From NCBI GenBank assembly GCA_964016885.1, contig OZ024740.1, positions 358,174,001 to 358,238,000 on the forward strand: DNA of 64,000 nt. Reading direction: 5' to 3'. Below are positions 39,170-53,400 of this stretch, piece after piece. The translations under genes were made by a program, and so were the position numbers. The notes under the pieces were generated by a model. It made no database searches and was not told where the DNA came from. It was given only the letters and a program-made list of their open reading frames with translations. This DNA is from Eledone cirrhosa. Lineage: Eukaryota. Within the stretch, counting starts at the first letter, position 1. Each line of letters begins with the position of its first letter.

Positions 39170-39972
39170 TGGTCGTTTATTTTCGGCTTCATGGGTGATT
39201 TTAGGCATGACCTCTATGTGTTGGTATTTTAACGATAGTTATAGCTCTGATTTTTCCAAATTATTAAGCCCTCTGCCACATATATCGGATATTGTTTATC
39301 GTGATTTCGTGGGCTGATATTCCGATTCTCGATTATTCTACTATATTTAGCTCTCGACCCTAGCTATTGACCAGTTAATTTTATTGATGATTTTTTTTGT
39401 TGATCTTATTGACTGATGAATAGCTCTTGTTTATTTTAACATGTCTGTTGAGCACTCTGATTCGATATGTGATAATTTGTATTCTTACATAATTTACACA
39501 TCACCGAATTCTTTCGCTAATATAAGGGTTCCCTCCCTTGCTGAATACCATGTGCGTTATTTGGCTTCGGGGCCCCTCTATACGTTGATAAATACTCGTT
39601 GATAAAGCTTTCCTCGTTCCTCTCTTCTCTATAAGTCTTATATATCTTTTATGTAGGCTGATAGTGATTGGATTAAGGAATTGCAGAAACCCAAGAAGCT
39701 AGATTTAACATCATTCTAGCTGGTCCGGGTAAGTTTTTTACATTCATTTAATTTATTAATTTATTGATATTTTATTTGAGTGACTCGAATCTTCCTGGTC
39801 GTTTATTTTCGGCTGCATGGGTGATTTTAGGCATGACCTCTATGTGTTGGTATTTTAACGATAGTTATAGCTCTGATTTTTCCAAATTATTGAGCCCTCT
39901 GCCACATATATCGGATATTGTTTATCGTGATTTCGTGGGCTGATATTCCGATTCTCGATTATTCTACTATAT
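39170..39972. mobile_element. 803-bp non-coding element with 177-bp terminal direct repeats (626-bp period), in (TA)n
   Basis: 39170-39346 equals 39796-39972 with two mismatches; TA runs on both sides. Confidence 0.85.
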
Positions 39973-40039
39973 ATATATACAAATGAGATCAATCAGATCT
40001 TTGATCTGATTGATTAATTTGTATATATATATATATGAA

Positions 40040-42170
40040 ATATGAAATATAAGAATCAAAGAACTGTTCAAAACATTATTGTGCTTACAGCTGTTTCCTC
40101 CAAACCGAGGTTTGGATTCTTCGGAGCAATTTATTAATGCATGGACAGTTATATGACCTCCTTTTCAGCCGAGAGACATACCAATACATATTCAAACATT
40201 GATACATATTCAAACATTGTGGGTCAACATTCATTACAGAATTTAGAGTGGCAGTACACACTTCGAGATTACATTTATATTAATAGGTACAATCAAAAAT
40301 CAAAGATATAGGTTAAAGTACAACATGAAGATAAGTGGTTATATAGTGCAAATGTTATATGTGTGGCACGCATGTGCGTCTTGTTTATATAGTGTGGCAG
40401 AGAGATATGTGTGGTAGAGGCACTTAGGTAGGTAAATAAGAGTGTTAGGTTGGTAGATCTGGTGGCAAAGTCTTTATATGATTGATGTAGTCTGTGTGTG
40501 GAGAAATATTATAAGCATTAAAGATAGTGCAAGCATTAAAAGTGTTATAAGTATTGGAGATGCACAGCGCAGGGATGTCAAGTAATTCATGTACTTCGGC
40601 ATTTTCATGGTCAAGGGAGTGTATATTTCGATTATATGCCTTTCACATAATCCACGACAATCCAGTTAGAGATCGTAGTCTGGTGTTCTTTAGTTCGATA
40701 CAGGAGGTTGTTACGTTTCGAGAAACGCCATTGAATACCGGAAGTGTGTGTGTGGCTAAGGGGAGTTAATGCATGCGGGGAGGTAACTCTGGGGTTTCCA
40801 TATCTAGCCATTAAAGTGTGTCCCAATATAGACCCTAAATTCTATGGTGAGGTGCACCTTCCAAGAGAGACTTTTAAAGCATAAAGTGTACTAACTATAG
40901 AGTAGTTTAACTAAATTATGCTGAAGGTGATCATATTATTATTAAGGTGGATTAACCCATCATAAGGTGCTACAAATGGAAATTATAGATGATGAGCGAG
41001 GATTCTAAATTAATGATCTCTGTGGTTGTAGTCTGCTCATATGGCCAAGTGCGGTGATTGCAGGATTGCTTCAGGACCCAATGATCTCTGGTAAGATCTG
41101 GGTCATCACTTGCTACATTGGATGTCGAAAGATAATCGTCCCCAGGCAGGCCGAAGGTCAATCCGCAGTCCTCGCGACCTCTCTCTGACCGTCAGATCAT
41201 CCATATACGTACAACCCGCACGGCAGTTGCATTGCATTCACTCACTGCGCTCCGCAGCCCGGTCCTACTGGTCAACAGCGCTACTCGATTAAATCATTTT
41301 ACATCTGTCTAAGGAAGGTGTTTCCTCTGCCCAACACCATCCAACCGATCAATTCATGCTCAAATTACCCTTAGAGCGGTGTATTGTCGTGGATTATGTG
41401 AAAGGCATATAATCGAAATATACACTCCCTTGACCATGAAAATGCCGAAGTACATGAATTACTTGACATCCCTGCGCTGTGCATCTCCAATACTTATAAC
41501 ACTTTTAATGCTTGCACTATCTTTAATGCTTATAATATTTCTCCACACACAGACTACATCAATCATATAAAGACTTTGCCACCAGATCTACCAACCTAAC
41601 ACTCTTATTTACCTACCTAAGTGCCTCTACCACACATATCTCTCTGCCACACTATATAAACAAGACGCACATGCGTGCCACACATATAACATTTGCACTA
41701 TATAACCACTTATCTTCATGTTGTACTTTAACCTATATCTTTGATTTTTGATTGTACCTATTAATATAAATGTAATCTCGAAGTGTGTACTGCCACTCTA
41801 AATTCTGTAATGAATGTTGACCCACAATGTTTGAATATGTATCAATGTTTGAATATGTATTGGTATGTCTCTCGGCTGAAAAGGAGGTCATATAACTGTC
41901 CATGCATTAATAAATTGCTCCGAAGAATCCAAACCTCGGTTTGGAGGAAACAGCTGTAAGCACAATAATGTTTTGAACAGTTCTTTGATTCTTATATTTC
42001 ATATAACTGCTCTGTAAATCATCTGATGTTTTTACATTGAGCTACTTAACTTACTGGTAATAAGGTAGTAATACATTACTGCCTACCACTATTTAGGGTG
42101 TGTGTAAAATACTTACAACTGCTTAAGGTTTTGTGTTTACATAACCATAAATAGTATAACTAATACTATA
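40040..42170. mobile_element. Decayed Penelope-like element with 622-bp inverted arms, each with an HHR near its outer end (40082-40128 minus; 41916-41962 plus)
   Basis: Arms 40040-40661 and 41383-42004. HHR: TGCT-CCGAAGA-aTCCAAACC-tc-GGTTTGGAg-GAAAC-AGCT-GTA^AGCA. GIY-YIG-like remnants LLYRTKEH and HSLDHENAEV. Confidence 0.85.
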
Positions 42171-43039
42171 TATATATATATATATTTATATATATCCACC
42201 TACATACCTACCTGTTTACTTCTATCAAGCTATCTATCTATTTATTTCGTAAGATTGAATCGAGAAGGGCATGACTATAAAGCGAGCTTCTTAACCACAT
42301 GACTGCTTAATCTCCTGTTATGTTTCTAAGCGTTATCATTGCAATAAAATAAATGATGAATTCTAGTATCTTTGATTGATATAGCATCATCTATTAAACA
42401 ATTATTGTGTTAAACATTTAATGATTTCGTGATTTAGCCTTCGGTCAGTATTAAATGTTAATAGCTGTAATCATAAACGAAAGATTGCGTTATCAATATT
42501 CTTCAGTTAATTCTCTGGTAAGCACTCACCCTTAAAAGATCTGGAGGTATATGAATGCACTAAATTTCATATACATCTCATTAAAAGGGTTTGCTTTTCA
42601 TAATCAACACTGCATCACCGAGCCAAAGATTTAATCGAAACGAGCTCACCGGATCGACTAAAATGTGTAGCTATATCTCCCTCCTCTACTGTTGTAAAAT
42701 GATAAGGACATATTGGAAAATGGGGTTCTAGATATACTGTGCCTCAAAAAAAAAAAAAAAAAAAGCGAAAAGAAACAAATTTTGACATGGTTCGTGTTTG
42801 AGGTATTTCGATCTTTGATCTGATTGATTAAGTATGATCTGGACCTAATCAACAACAATAACTATAACAACAACAATACTATACTCATTATCTGACAGAG
42901 ATATACTGTGCGATGTTGTTATGTAAGTATAACTACAAGGAAATCGTTTCATTTTGATTGTAATTAGTCGTGTCTCTGGAGACCGTTTAAAGTCTTGAAA
43001 AGATTCAAACAAGTTCCATTATATGTGTAGGAATGTAAG

Positions 43040-43251
43040 GGTGGCGGATTGGCAAAATTAGTAGAGCGTCAGACACCATGTTTAGCGGCATAGAGTTATG
43101 ACTCTTTACGTTTTGAGTTCAAATCCCGCTGAGGTTAACTTTGCCTTTCATCCTTACGGGGTCGATAAAATAAAGTACCAGTAATGCACTGGGATCGATT
43201 TAATCGACTTCCCCCCAAAACGAATTTTGGCCTTGTTCCTATAGTAGAAAT
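43040..43251 (+). mobile_element. Nin/Deu-core SINE with ~20-bp TSD
   Basis: TSD CATTATAT(G/A)TGTAGGAATGTA at 43017 and 43252. Confidence 0.88.
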
Positions 43252-44814
43252 CATTATATATGTAGGAATGTAGGCTTAGGTAGGAATATAAACACGAAAA
43301 AAATACATTATTACAGTAAATATACCTAAATATAAACTGTTCTTTCCATGCAAGGCACTAATGGTGCAATATTAACTACAGTGTACAATAAGATGTGATC
43401 TACGTAAAGATTACGTGTCTCTATTACTGCAGTAATAAAAACTCTTTCCAAATATTGTGGTACATTCTGGCGAATTCCAGTTGAATAGAAAATTATGAGA
43501 ATTATAAATAGTGTCGGCAGGAGGCCATACCATTTTATTTTAATTTTACTATATCAAACACTTTTACTAATTAGAGAATATTTGTGAGCTGAATGTATTT
43601 TTCTTGAATTTTGTCCCGAGCAAGATGGTTGGATAACATCCATGAGCTTGGCTGGTCACACTTGGGGATCCTGCTGGATCAGTTGGAGACATTTGCTGCT
43701 GATAGAACCCACTGGAAGGAGTGTTTGAGGACTCTTCCCCCACGACCCACTCAGGAATAAGTGGGCGAAGGAAAGAAGAAGAAGAAGAAGAAGAATATAT
43801 ATCAATATAATGTTCCACACAGATTAAAGTCAACTAAATAGCAGAAGAGGGATAATATGACAGCTGAGTGATTTTATAGGTTGTTAGTCTACAGTAAAAT
43901 GCAAATCCCAGGATCTAAAGAAACTGCTGAAGGTTTGTGTTGAGAACAACTAATTAAAAGAAGAACCCCCTTCCACCTCCTCCCCATTCTTCCCTGACAC
44001 TAGAGTCCTTGCCATTCCCTCCCTTTTCTGTTTTTTTTTCTTTATATTTTCCTATTTCACATTCCATCCTTCTCAATCTAAATTTTCTTTTTTTCTATTC
44101 AACTGTATTTATATGATATATTCCATAAATAAAATTACCACAATAATCTATTTGATGGAATGTTAATAAGTTCAAATGCCTCGAGGAGTGCAAAGTCTAA
44201 TAATGGTTGGTATCGGAGTCAGGCGGTGAATGTCAACTACCCAACCAACTTCTCTTGTTTATTTTAGTTTGTTGTCATTTTACTCTCTGGTCAAGAGCAA
44301 GACCTTGAAAACTTAGACTTCACTTGAAATTATCAATATTCACAAGCAGGAAGAGAACATAAAATAAATAAGGAAAAGTGGAAATGTGTGAGAGGGGCTG
44401 ACACTATATCTCTGGATAGGCGGTGTGTCTCACGATGAACACACAGCGACACCTGCTTCATCAGTCACTCCACCTTCACAGGCTGGATACACTCCGCCAT
44501 ATTTTCTGTGGTAGGAAAGTCGACAATTTGTATTTCCTGATCAATGGAGTACTATTTTTATATGCATAAATCCAGAGAAAAGAGGGAAAAAACATTTTGT
44601 AACATTTATTTTTTTCTCGATATACATAAATAAATATCTTTCGCATCCACTCAACCACAAAATATCCTTATATCTCTCTTCAAAAAAAAAAAAAAAAAAA
44701 AGGACATATATGATTATGTAGACCAATGTCCGATTTTTCTTATAAAAAACAACAGCCAGAATGATAATAACAAAAACAACATCAATAAGAACAAAACTGT
44801 CTATCCTACTATCT

Positions 44815-47800
44815 ATCCTGTCTCGGATTCTGTCTAACACGTGGAAAACACGCTGGTGAGTAAATGTTTTAATTTCATTGGAAATTGCATGAACTGAATC
44901 TACATTCTTACACCATTTTGTAGATAAGCTGCCACCCTACACTTTGTAGGTGGTAGCAACCCCAAATAATAAGCCCATCAGGGCGAAAAACGGAGAAATC
45001 CCACTAAATTTCTACCGGAATTTTGAATATAGCCAAAATGGCCAAATTCTTTGACCTCATCTTCACAAAAAACACATCAGAGAATTGTGGAGATGGGCTG
45101 TTAATCTCACCTTCCACAGTACTAGTAGCAGGTGAAGGCTGCCTGCCTGCTGCTATCACCAACAACAACAACAACAACAGTAACAACAACTGCAACAAAA
45201 ACAACAACAACATCAAAACTGTCAGCCAACAATTAGACAGAGGTGGTGGAGGGACGGTAAAAGTGTCAAGCCAACAAGCAGCTCGCACCGCCTCATTGAA
45301 ACACTTCGATATGTTTAAAACCCACCCTGACAACAACACCAGCACCACCAACACGAAAACTGTGAATGACACAAACCAAAACAACGCCATCAACAACAAC
45401 AGTGACAACGAGAACAAGAAGAACAACAACGACAACAAAACCACAACCAACAACCAACAACAACAACAACACCAACAACGGAAAAAACGAAAACAACATC
45501 AACAATAAGAACAATAATAACAACAACAAGACCAATAACTGCAACAAGGAAGTAAACGACAAAATATTTGCTCAAACCGTAAAGAAAACGGTAAGCTACA
45601 CTCCGGTAGATATTTCAAATGCAAATGAGCTTTTGAATAACGCCAGACAATATGAAACTTTTGGGGAGAACGGATCATTCTCCATAAACTCTCCCCCCAG
45701 ATTTGCGAAGAGAAGCTGCCTTGAAAACTATGATTTTCAGGACAATCTCAAACAAAACACGAAAACCGACTCAACTTTCACAAGGCGAAATTAAGTTGGC
45801 TTTAAAAAATGCCTTAAAAGGCATTGCTTTTATTCAGAAGGGTAGACTCTACGGGAGTTTATCCATTCTAATGAAAGACCAATTGACGGGCACAGAAATA
45901 TTCTGTCACCAATTGTGTCACCGCTGTTCACCTTTTTCCCCACTTACATGGGGAAAAGGATACAGAAAATAAAATCCAAAGTATCACACCAAATATTGAT
46001 ATTTGGTGGGTACTATGTGGATTTTTAAACCACGAAACAGACTATATAATATCGGTAGGTAAGTCCTCCGGCGACCTGTTCAGCGGAACTAGCCTGGAAG
46101 TTCTGGTCCAAATGACACCAGAACGAATAGCTAGAATCCCGCAACGTGTGTTGCTGGATGGGCTTATATACATAAACATTTCGATCGAGGGTAGACGGCC
46201 CTCATGTTACCACTGCTCAAGCAGGGGTCACCTGAGAGCTTCCTGTCCTCGGCTAACTAGCCCAAAAAAGGCTCTACTGACAACACCAGCACAACAATCA
46301 CCACCACCACTACCACCACCACCACAACAACAACAGCATAAAAAAATAGTGACAACAAAACAAACGACAAACACAGTCCCACCCAACCCCTCCCCACCTA
46401 AAACAACTCCAGAAACACCCACACACATAACAGCTCCCCAAAATGTACCCCTCCCAACAACACGGATGAGGCCTCATCATCGTCACCCAGTGACGATGAG
46501 GGAGAGCCTTTCCGACCAGTAAAAAGAAAAAAGAAAAGACATAACACAAACAAAAATGCAACAAACACAAACACCAACACAAGCTACGCAAACAGCACAA
46601 ACAAAAACACCCCCTCCTGAAAACAAAACACCTACTACAAAACGTAAACACACACAAGAACCACAGACAAAAAGCAACCCAACACAACAAAAATGTTACA
46701 CCTACATAAATACTAACAATAAAACTTCAACAGACACCATATATAAAAACCCTCCGGTGCAGACCGAAGGGAAAACTTTTACACACTCTTCGGAGAATCC
46801 TAATCTTAAAATGATTAAGACCTCCATGGACACACATAAACAGTTAAAAGAAAAATTTCCTAACGATGTAGGTAACTCCTGCGTCAAACCCTACAATCGA
46901 GTCCTGTTAAAATGCTCCCCACCCCACCCCCATCCCACCAGACACCCCTCCCACCAAACATCTCTGTCCCCACCCCTCCAGAGACCACCATCCCACCAAA
47001 CAACCCCCCAACACCCCCATGGAAATTGTGCAGCCTGGTCCCCAGGAGACGAAGAGGTGAGTGATTTCTTTTCCTCTTCTTTTAATTTTTCAGCACCAAC
47101 ATGGCCAATATAAGAGTTGGATGTGTGAATGTACGCGGCCTGGGGATGCCCTGGAAACAGGGTAAACTCTTAAACGACCTCAGTTTATCGGCCGATTTGA
47201 CCTGGCCGATAGATATCGACTAGATTTTCCAACTGTGCCACAATGGACGTGGACTAATCGTAGCGGAACATCTAGATCGTACCTAGATAGGGTTCTAGTT
47301 AGAAAGAAGGATAGGGACATGTTAAGCTGTCCACAAATGTTCATGGTTGCCTATTCAGATCACAAATTAGTAACCTGCTTAGTCAACCTTGACAAAACCC
47401 TTAGACAGGGACCCAGCTACTGGAAGCTGAACTTGTCGTTACCGACATGCAAAGCCTACAGTAGACGGATTAGCACTTTAGTTAAGCAGCACTTGACGGG
47501 GCCCATTGTCAACAACAGATGGTGGTACTCTCTCAAGAGGGCAGTTTAGGTTTTAGTAAAGAATTATTGTAAGATAGAAATAAGACCGAAAAGGAACTGG
47601 TAGATAAAGTAGAAGAGGCACTTAGGAGTGGCAACTTAGACAGCGTGCTAGCGACGAGAACGACTTGGACCAGTTCTTCGACGCAAAGCATGAAGGCTGC
47701 GTTGTCAAGCAAAATACGTGCTCTGGGAAACGAGGGAGCCAAAGCTGTTAGCTGGGCCCGAGTGACGGAGGCGAAAAGTGGCAACAAGTCCACGATTCGG

Positions 47801-50345
47801 TCTTTGAACGACCAAGACGGACGCGTGATACGTGAGCCGAAGAAAATGTGCGCAGCCTTTCAGCGGCACTTTGCTCAACTGTTCGGGCAGGGCGGCGCGC
47901 CGGGAGGGGCTATGGATTTCGGTTCATACCTCTACGGCCTACCGCGACTATCGGACAGCGAGGCGAAGTTCTGCGAAAGGCCGATTTCGGCCGCTGAGAT
48001 AGGGGACGCACTGAGCCAATGCGGTAAACGCAAATCTCCAGGTCTCGACGGTCTACCCTACGAATTTTACGTAGCAATGCCGGACTTGTTCTCCGGTCTC
48101 CTGGAAGCGGTCTACTGAAACTGGCAGCAGAACGGGAGAATTCCCACTTCTGTGACCAAGGGCGTAATCACGTTAGTCATGAAGGACGAGAACAAGGGGG
48201 ATGACATAGGCAACTTCCGGCCCATAACTCTGCTCAACACAGAGTTACAGATTTTGGCCAAGGTGTTGGCAAAGAGGCTGGCGCTTGTCGTCGAAAACCT
48301 GGTGGGAGAAGCGCAGACATGCGCAATCCCGACCAGATCCTTACACGACAACCTCCACCTCATACGCTACATCATAGAGAGGGTAGGGTATAAACCTGGC
48401 TTCGGTGGGGCCCTGATCAACTTGGATCAGTCTAAGGCTTTTGATAGGGTTGACCTTCGTTACCTGGATGCGGTGCTCGAGGCGGCAGGCTTCGGACCCG
48501 TGTTCAGGGCTGGATTGCTGCAATGCACAGCAGCAACATCTGCTCAAGGGTCATGGTGAACGGCTACCTCTCGGAGCCGTTCCATATCACGCGATCCATC
48601 CGACAGAGATGCCCTCTCTCCTCTCTTCTGTACGTACTGACTCTCGAGCCACTACTGCGGAAGTTGGAGCTATTGCAGGGCATCCCTTTGGAACCGGGAC
48701 TGCGAAAAGCGGCGTCGGCCTACGCCGACGACGTGACAGTAATGGTGTCGAGCACCTCGCAAATCGGGGAGATCGGCACCTTACTGGAGGAATACGAAAG
48801 GTTCACAGGAGCGAAGCTGAACCGGGACTAATCCGTCGGTTTGCAACTCGGAACGTGGAGAGGCAAACCGATGCCTTCCGATGACGTCGTCGGACGCTGG
48901 ACGGAAGGACCGGTAAAGCTGCTCGGGGTCTGGTTTGGTCCGGACCTCCAGGTGTAGAAGAACTGGAACGAAGTGACGGCCAAGGTGTTTGCGCTCATCC
49001 AGAAGTGGGCCGAGTGCAAACTATCCTTGAAAGGTCGAGCGGAGGTGGCGAACACTTTTATAGCGTCCGTCATCTACTACTGCTTGACCGTCGTGCCTTG
49101 TCCAGCCAAAACGCTCACCAAAATGGAGCGCGTGCTCTTCCAATTCCTTTGGAAGAAACGGGCTCCTTTGGTGAGAAGATCCATCTGCTGCCAACACCCT
49201 TCTAACGGAGGGCTGGGGATGCCGTGGCTGACGATGCGCAAACACGCGCTCAGGCTGCGGCACCTCCACGTATTCCTCACCAGACAACCGGTGTGGGCCC
49301 CGTTCGTGAGGCGAGCCTTCCCACGTATCGTCTCGCTGACCGAGCTGCAGTCCTGGGTCAAGCATAGACCGAGGAAAATGGGCGACTGGCACATCGAATG
49401 TGCTCAGGCGCTCACAGTCCTCTGGCAAACGGACCCCGCGATCAATGGAGACTCCACTTCGACATTCTATAGAGGGTTGGTCCGCAGCAAGTGCGACGAC
49501 GCGCTCGGAGAAACTCTAGGCGTAGAGGAGGACGAACTGGCCAGTCTGTTCGGTAGGACCAATGGACAACTTACAAATGTCCCTGGCCTGGCAGTGCTAC
49601 CGAGGAGCTCTACCAGTTCGAAACAAGCTCTACAGATACGGGCGCCCGGGTAGGGACCCTTCGAAAAAGATCTGTCCGAGATGCGTGCGCGACGAGGAAA
49701 CCGTTGCACACGCATTTGTACACTGCCCGGGCGTTACCGACCTGTGGGGCTATGTAGAACGACTATTGTCGCGGGTGGGACCAATCCAGTTGACCACCGA
49801 GTCCATTGTCATGATCAAACCGCCACCCTCCTTCAAAAACGAGGGAGAGGCGGTTTTCCTATGTGTTATGGCTATGGTGAAAGAGGTTATATGGTGGACG
49901 AGGTTAAAAGGCTGAGGTCAGACACCTTTCTCTCCGGCGAGCAACTGATTCGTTTTTTCAAATATCATTTTGGAAGAAGAATCAGGATGGAGAGAGAGGT
50001 GCTGTACCCCAGCAAATTTTATAAAAGGTGGGTGAATGTGGCAAAGATAGCCCGAGTGGTTGGGCCTTCTCTCTATATAAGCCTGTAGGTTGATGAAAAA
50101 GAGGAAGAGAGAAAGGGAGTACTCACTCTTGGTGCTCCTGGAGATGAGGGTTGTACATTTTTTCGGGGTGTGTACAACCCCTGTGTAACACCTCCCCCCT
50201 ATTGGGGATTTAAATTGTTATTTGTTATTGTATTAGTTTTATTTTCATATACCTGTATGTAAACTCCCCATTTGTATTTGTCCTCTTCTTTTGTGCCCTT
50301 GTGGCTAATAAAGAAATTTATCTATCTATCAATCTATCTACCTAC
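44815..50345 (+). mobile_element. Near full-length decayed Tx1/L1-clade LINE (ORF1 with CCHC knuckle; ORF2 APE-RT-CCHC)
   Basis: ORF1 CYHCSSRGHLRASC. ORF2 from 47101: MANIRVGCVNVRGL, YLDRVLV...SDHK, KSPGLDGLPYEFY, FRPITLLN, LDQSKAFDRV, AYADDV, CPRC...ETVAHAFVHC. AATAAA plus (TCTA)n tail. Many stops/frameshifts and an APE deletion. Confidence 0.92.
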
Positions 50346-50429
50346 TAACCTATCTGTCTGTCTGCCAGTCTGTCAATCTGTATGTATGTATGTATGTATG
50401 TATGTATGTATGTATGTATGTATGTATGT

Positions 50430-53400
50430 ATGTTTTCTCTTTCTCTTAATTTTGAGTATATTTTTTTGACCGGCCACCTTCCTGGTGGCAAGGTTGTAAA
50501 AGAAAAGAAATTGTCATCCCTTGAATCGCAAGAATGTTTTGCAAATTTTGAAGGTGCCAGCTATCGCAGCCATTTGTAGACTATGAATTAGGGAGCTGCG
50601 CTTTTTGTCCGCAAATCCAAGTTCAGTCATACTTTGGTCCAAGCGGGTTGGTATATAACCCGTAGAACCAATAATGATGGGTATGAAGCTAAAGGTGTAT
50701 CTTGGATACTGGATTTGTAAACTCCTCATCAATGGTCCGTAGATGTCCTCCTTCTCCTGTATTTTTCTGACAACGTTTACATCAAGTGGGCAGCTGATCT
50801 CCACAACAGAACACGTTTTCAATGTGTGGTCCCAAACTACAATATCAGGCCGGTTGTGCTTTAATTTGGTGGCAGTTTTTATTTTCAGGTTCCACCAGTA
50901 TTCCTTAGTGCCATCTGTCTCAATATATTCTTCCTCGTTTGTTGTTAATTTTGTTTTCCGAAGTGCGTTCCAGATGGTTCTAGCTATCCCATCGTGTCTC
51001 ATGGGGAGGTAGTAGCGAGATGACATTCTTTCGCAGCTGGCAACAATGTGGCTTACATCCTCGATCTTTGTTTTACATAGCCTACATTTATTGTCAGCTG
51101 CTGGCCCTCCTCTTTTGTGCAGCAGATATTTGGTAGGGAGTTCTTGTTCCTGTATTGCATAGAGATATCCCTCAAGGTGTGATGTCATAAACTTGTCGGA
51201 ACTCCATGCCAGGCTTTTTGAGTGGTTTATCCCCTCTATGGTCTGTGTTTTACATGCACAACTTTTTCTGTAAATTGGTCAATTTTTTAATCTTGTTTGA
51301 ACATTGAATAGGATCTTCCGATTTCTCTGGGTGAGAGATTTATATCAGGCTTTATTCCATATCTCTCCTCCAGATCAGTCGCTATTCTAATGATATTTCT
51401 TTTTTCATGGTCATAAACCTGGGCAAGATGGTTGCCAATCTTTTTCCTCTGTTGAAGGTGTTGCTTCAGTGTCACTATCCGGGTCTCATATGTTGTTAAT
51501 ATTGATTTTAGACCCCGGCCACCTTCCTTGCGTGAGAAGTATAGCCTATCCACATCACCATTGATGTTAAAGTTCCCAGTAACACTGAGAAGTTTTCGAG
51601 TTCTAACATCCATCTCACTTAGTTCTTGCAATGACCAGTTCAGTAGGCCAAATGTTGGCGTTAGAATTGGCACAGCATAAGTATTGTGGGCAATGTATTT
51701 GTTGTATGCTGACAGTTCTGATGACCATATTTTCTTTACTCTTCTGAGGTATTCAGTTCTGGTTCTCTCCTTATTTATGGGTCCATCATATCTGACATTC
51801 TCATCCTGTCCAAGATATCTGTAGTTGTCACCTGACTGCAGAGGTTGTATTGTCAGGCCGTTCATCTCTAGATTTCTAGAGGAGGGCACAGCTCTTCCAC
51901 GTTTTACTGCCAAATATGCACACTTGGACTCACCAAATTTCATTTTGATGTCGGTTGAGAATTGTGTAATGAGGTCCAATTGTTTCTTGATGTCATTGAT
52001 ATTTGGCCCATACAACTTCAGGTCATCAACAAAGAAAAGATGGGAGATACTTCTGGTCCCACTTCTTTGTCCACCTTGTTTCCTGAGTAGGTAAGATAGT
52101 GGATTCAGTGAGAGAACGAAGAGTAGCACTGACAAGCTATCACCCTGAAAGATGCCCTTCTGGTAATGTATCTTATCAGTCTTAACTTGCTCCTTCTCAC
52201 CTCTAAGGATCAAACTGGTGTACCAGTTCTTGGTCAGGCGTTCAACAGCAGCTACCAATGGTTGTGGGACTTTAGCTAACTGTAAAGCCTTAACAATCCA
52301 CCCATGAGGTATACTATCAAATGCTTTTTGATAGTCCAGCCACACGACAGTCATGTTTCTGCGATTCTTTGTTGTTTTTTCCTGAATCATTTTGTTAGTT
52401 AGTAGGTGATCTATGCAACCCCACACCTCCCTCTTTCCACCAGCTTGCTCAGGTGTTATGATGTTGTTGGTAGCACAGTGATCCTGTAAGAACAGGTTAA
52501 GGCACCCAGTATATAATTTATACATGATGTTTTGGCAGGCAATTGGGCGGTAATTTTTAGCAAGGGTGGTTTGGCTATTTTGGGGAATGAGGAGAGTAGA
52601 GGCAGTTGATAACCATCTGGGCAGTTCTTGTGTGCCCTTAATGGTTTCTGTAAACAGCCGTATGAGATCTTGCCGATAGAAAGTGAAATTCTTCAACCAG
52701 TATCCTGTAATGAGGTCTGGGCCTGGCGATTTCCTATTCGACATTTTCTGTAGATCTGTTTCCAGTATTGACTCATCTATGTCATATTGTTTTGTCTGGA
52801 CATGTTGGCAGTAGTCCTGTTCCAGTTCTTTTAGCCAGTTAGCTTGTCTGTTGAATCCGTCATCCGTTTCCCATACAGATCTCCAGTAGCTCTCAACCTG
52901 TTCTTTTGAAGGGGTGTCATTTACAGAGATTGAGCTTTTGCCACCGAAGCTGCGATAAACTGATTTAGGATCTCTGGCAAACAATCTATTTAGCACTTGT
53001 CGTTTATGTGCTGTTGACTTATATTTTAGTCTTTCTGTTGTAGCTGTGAGTTGTTGTTTCAACTGGTGTAATTTGGAGTTCAAAGTTTTAAATTTTGTAT
53101 CTCCAAATCTTCTCTCTAACTTTTTCTTTAGGTCTTCCTGGTGTTGTGTGAAGTTGCTCTCTATGTTGCATTTCATAACGACTGCGATGTGTGAGATACT
53201 TCGTCTCAGGGACAAAATTTTGGTTTTTAAATTTCGCATCCACGCTGGTTCAGGCTTTCTGTTTGTATCTTGATTGCGTGGTTTTAGATGTGTGTTATAT
53301 GATAGCAATGTGACAGCTGAAACATATAACAAAACATTAAGCGTTTCAAATGTCGTTTCTACACCTTTAGATCGTATAGCCTTCAGATAATTGCCAGCTA

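Noticed and set aside
44425-44470. CTGATGA hairpin on the minus strand
   Set aside because: There is no properly placed GAAA, stem III or stem I.
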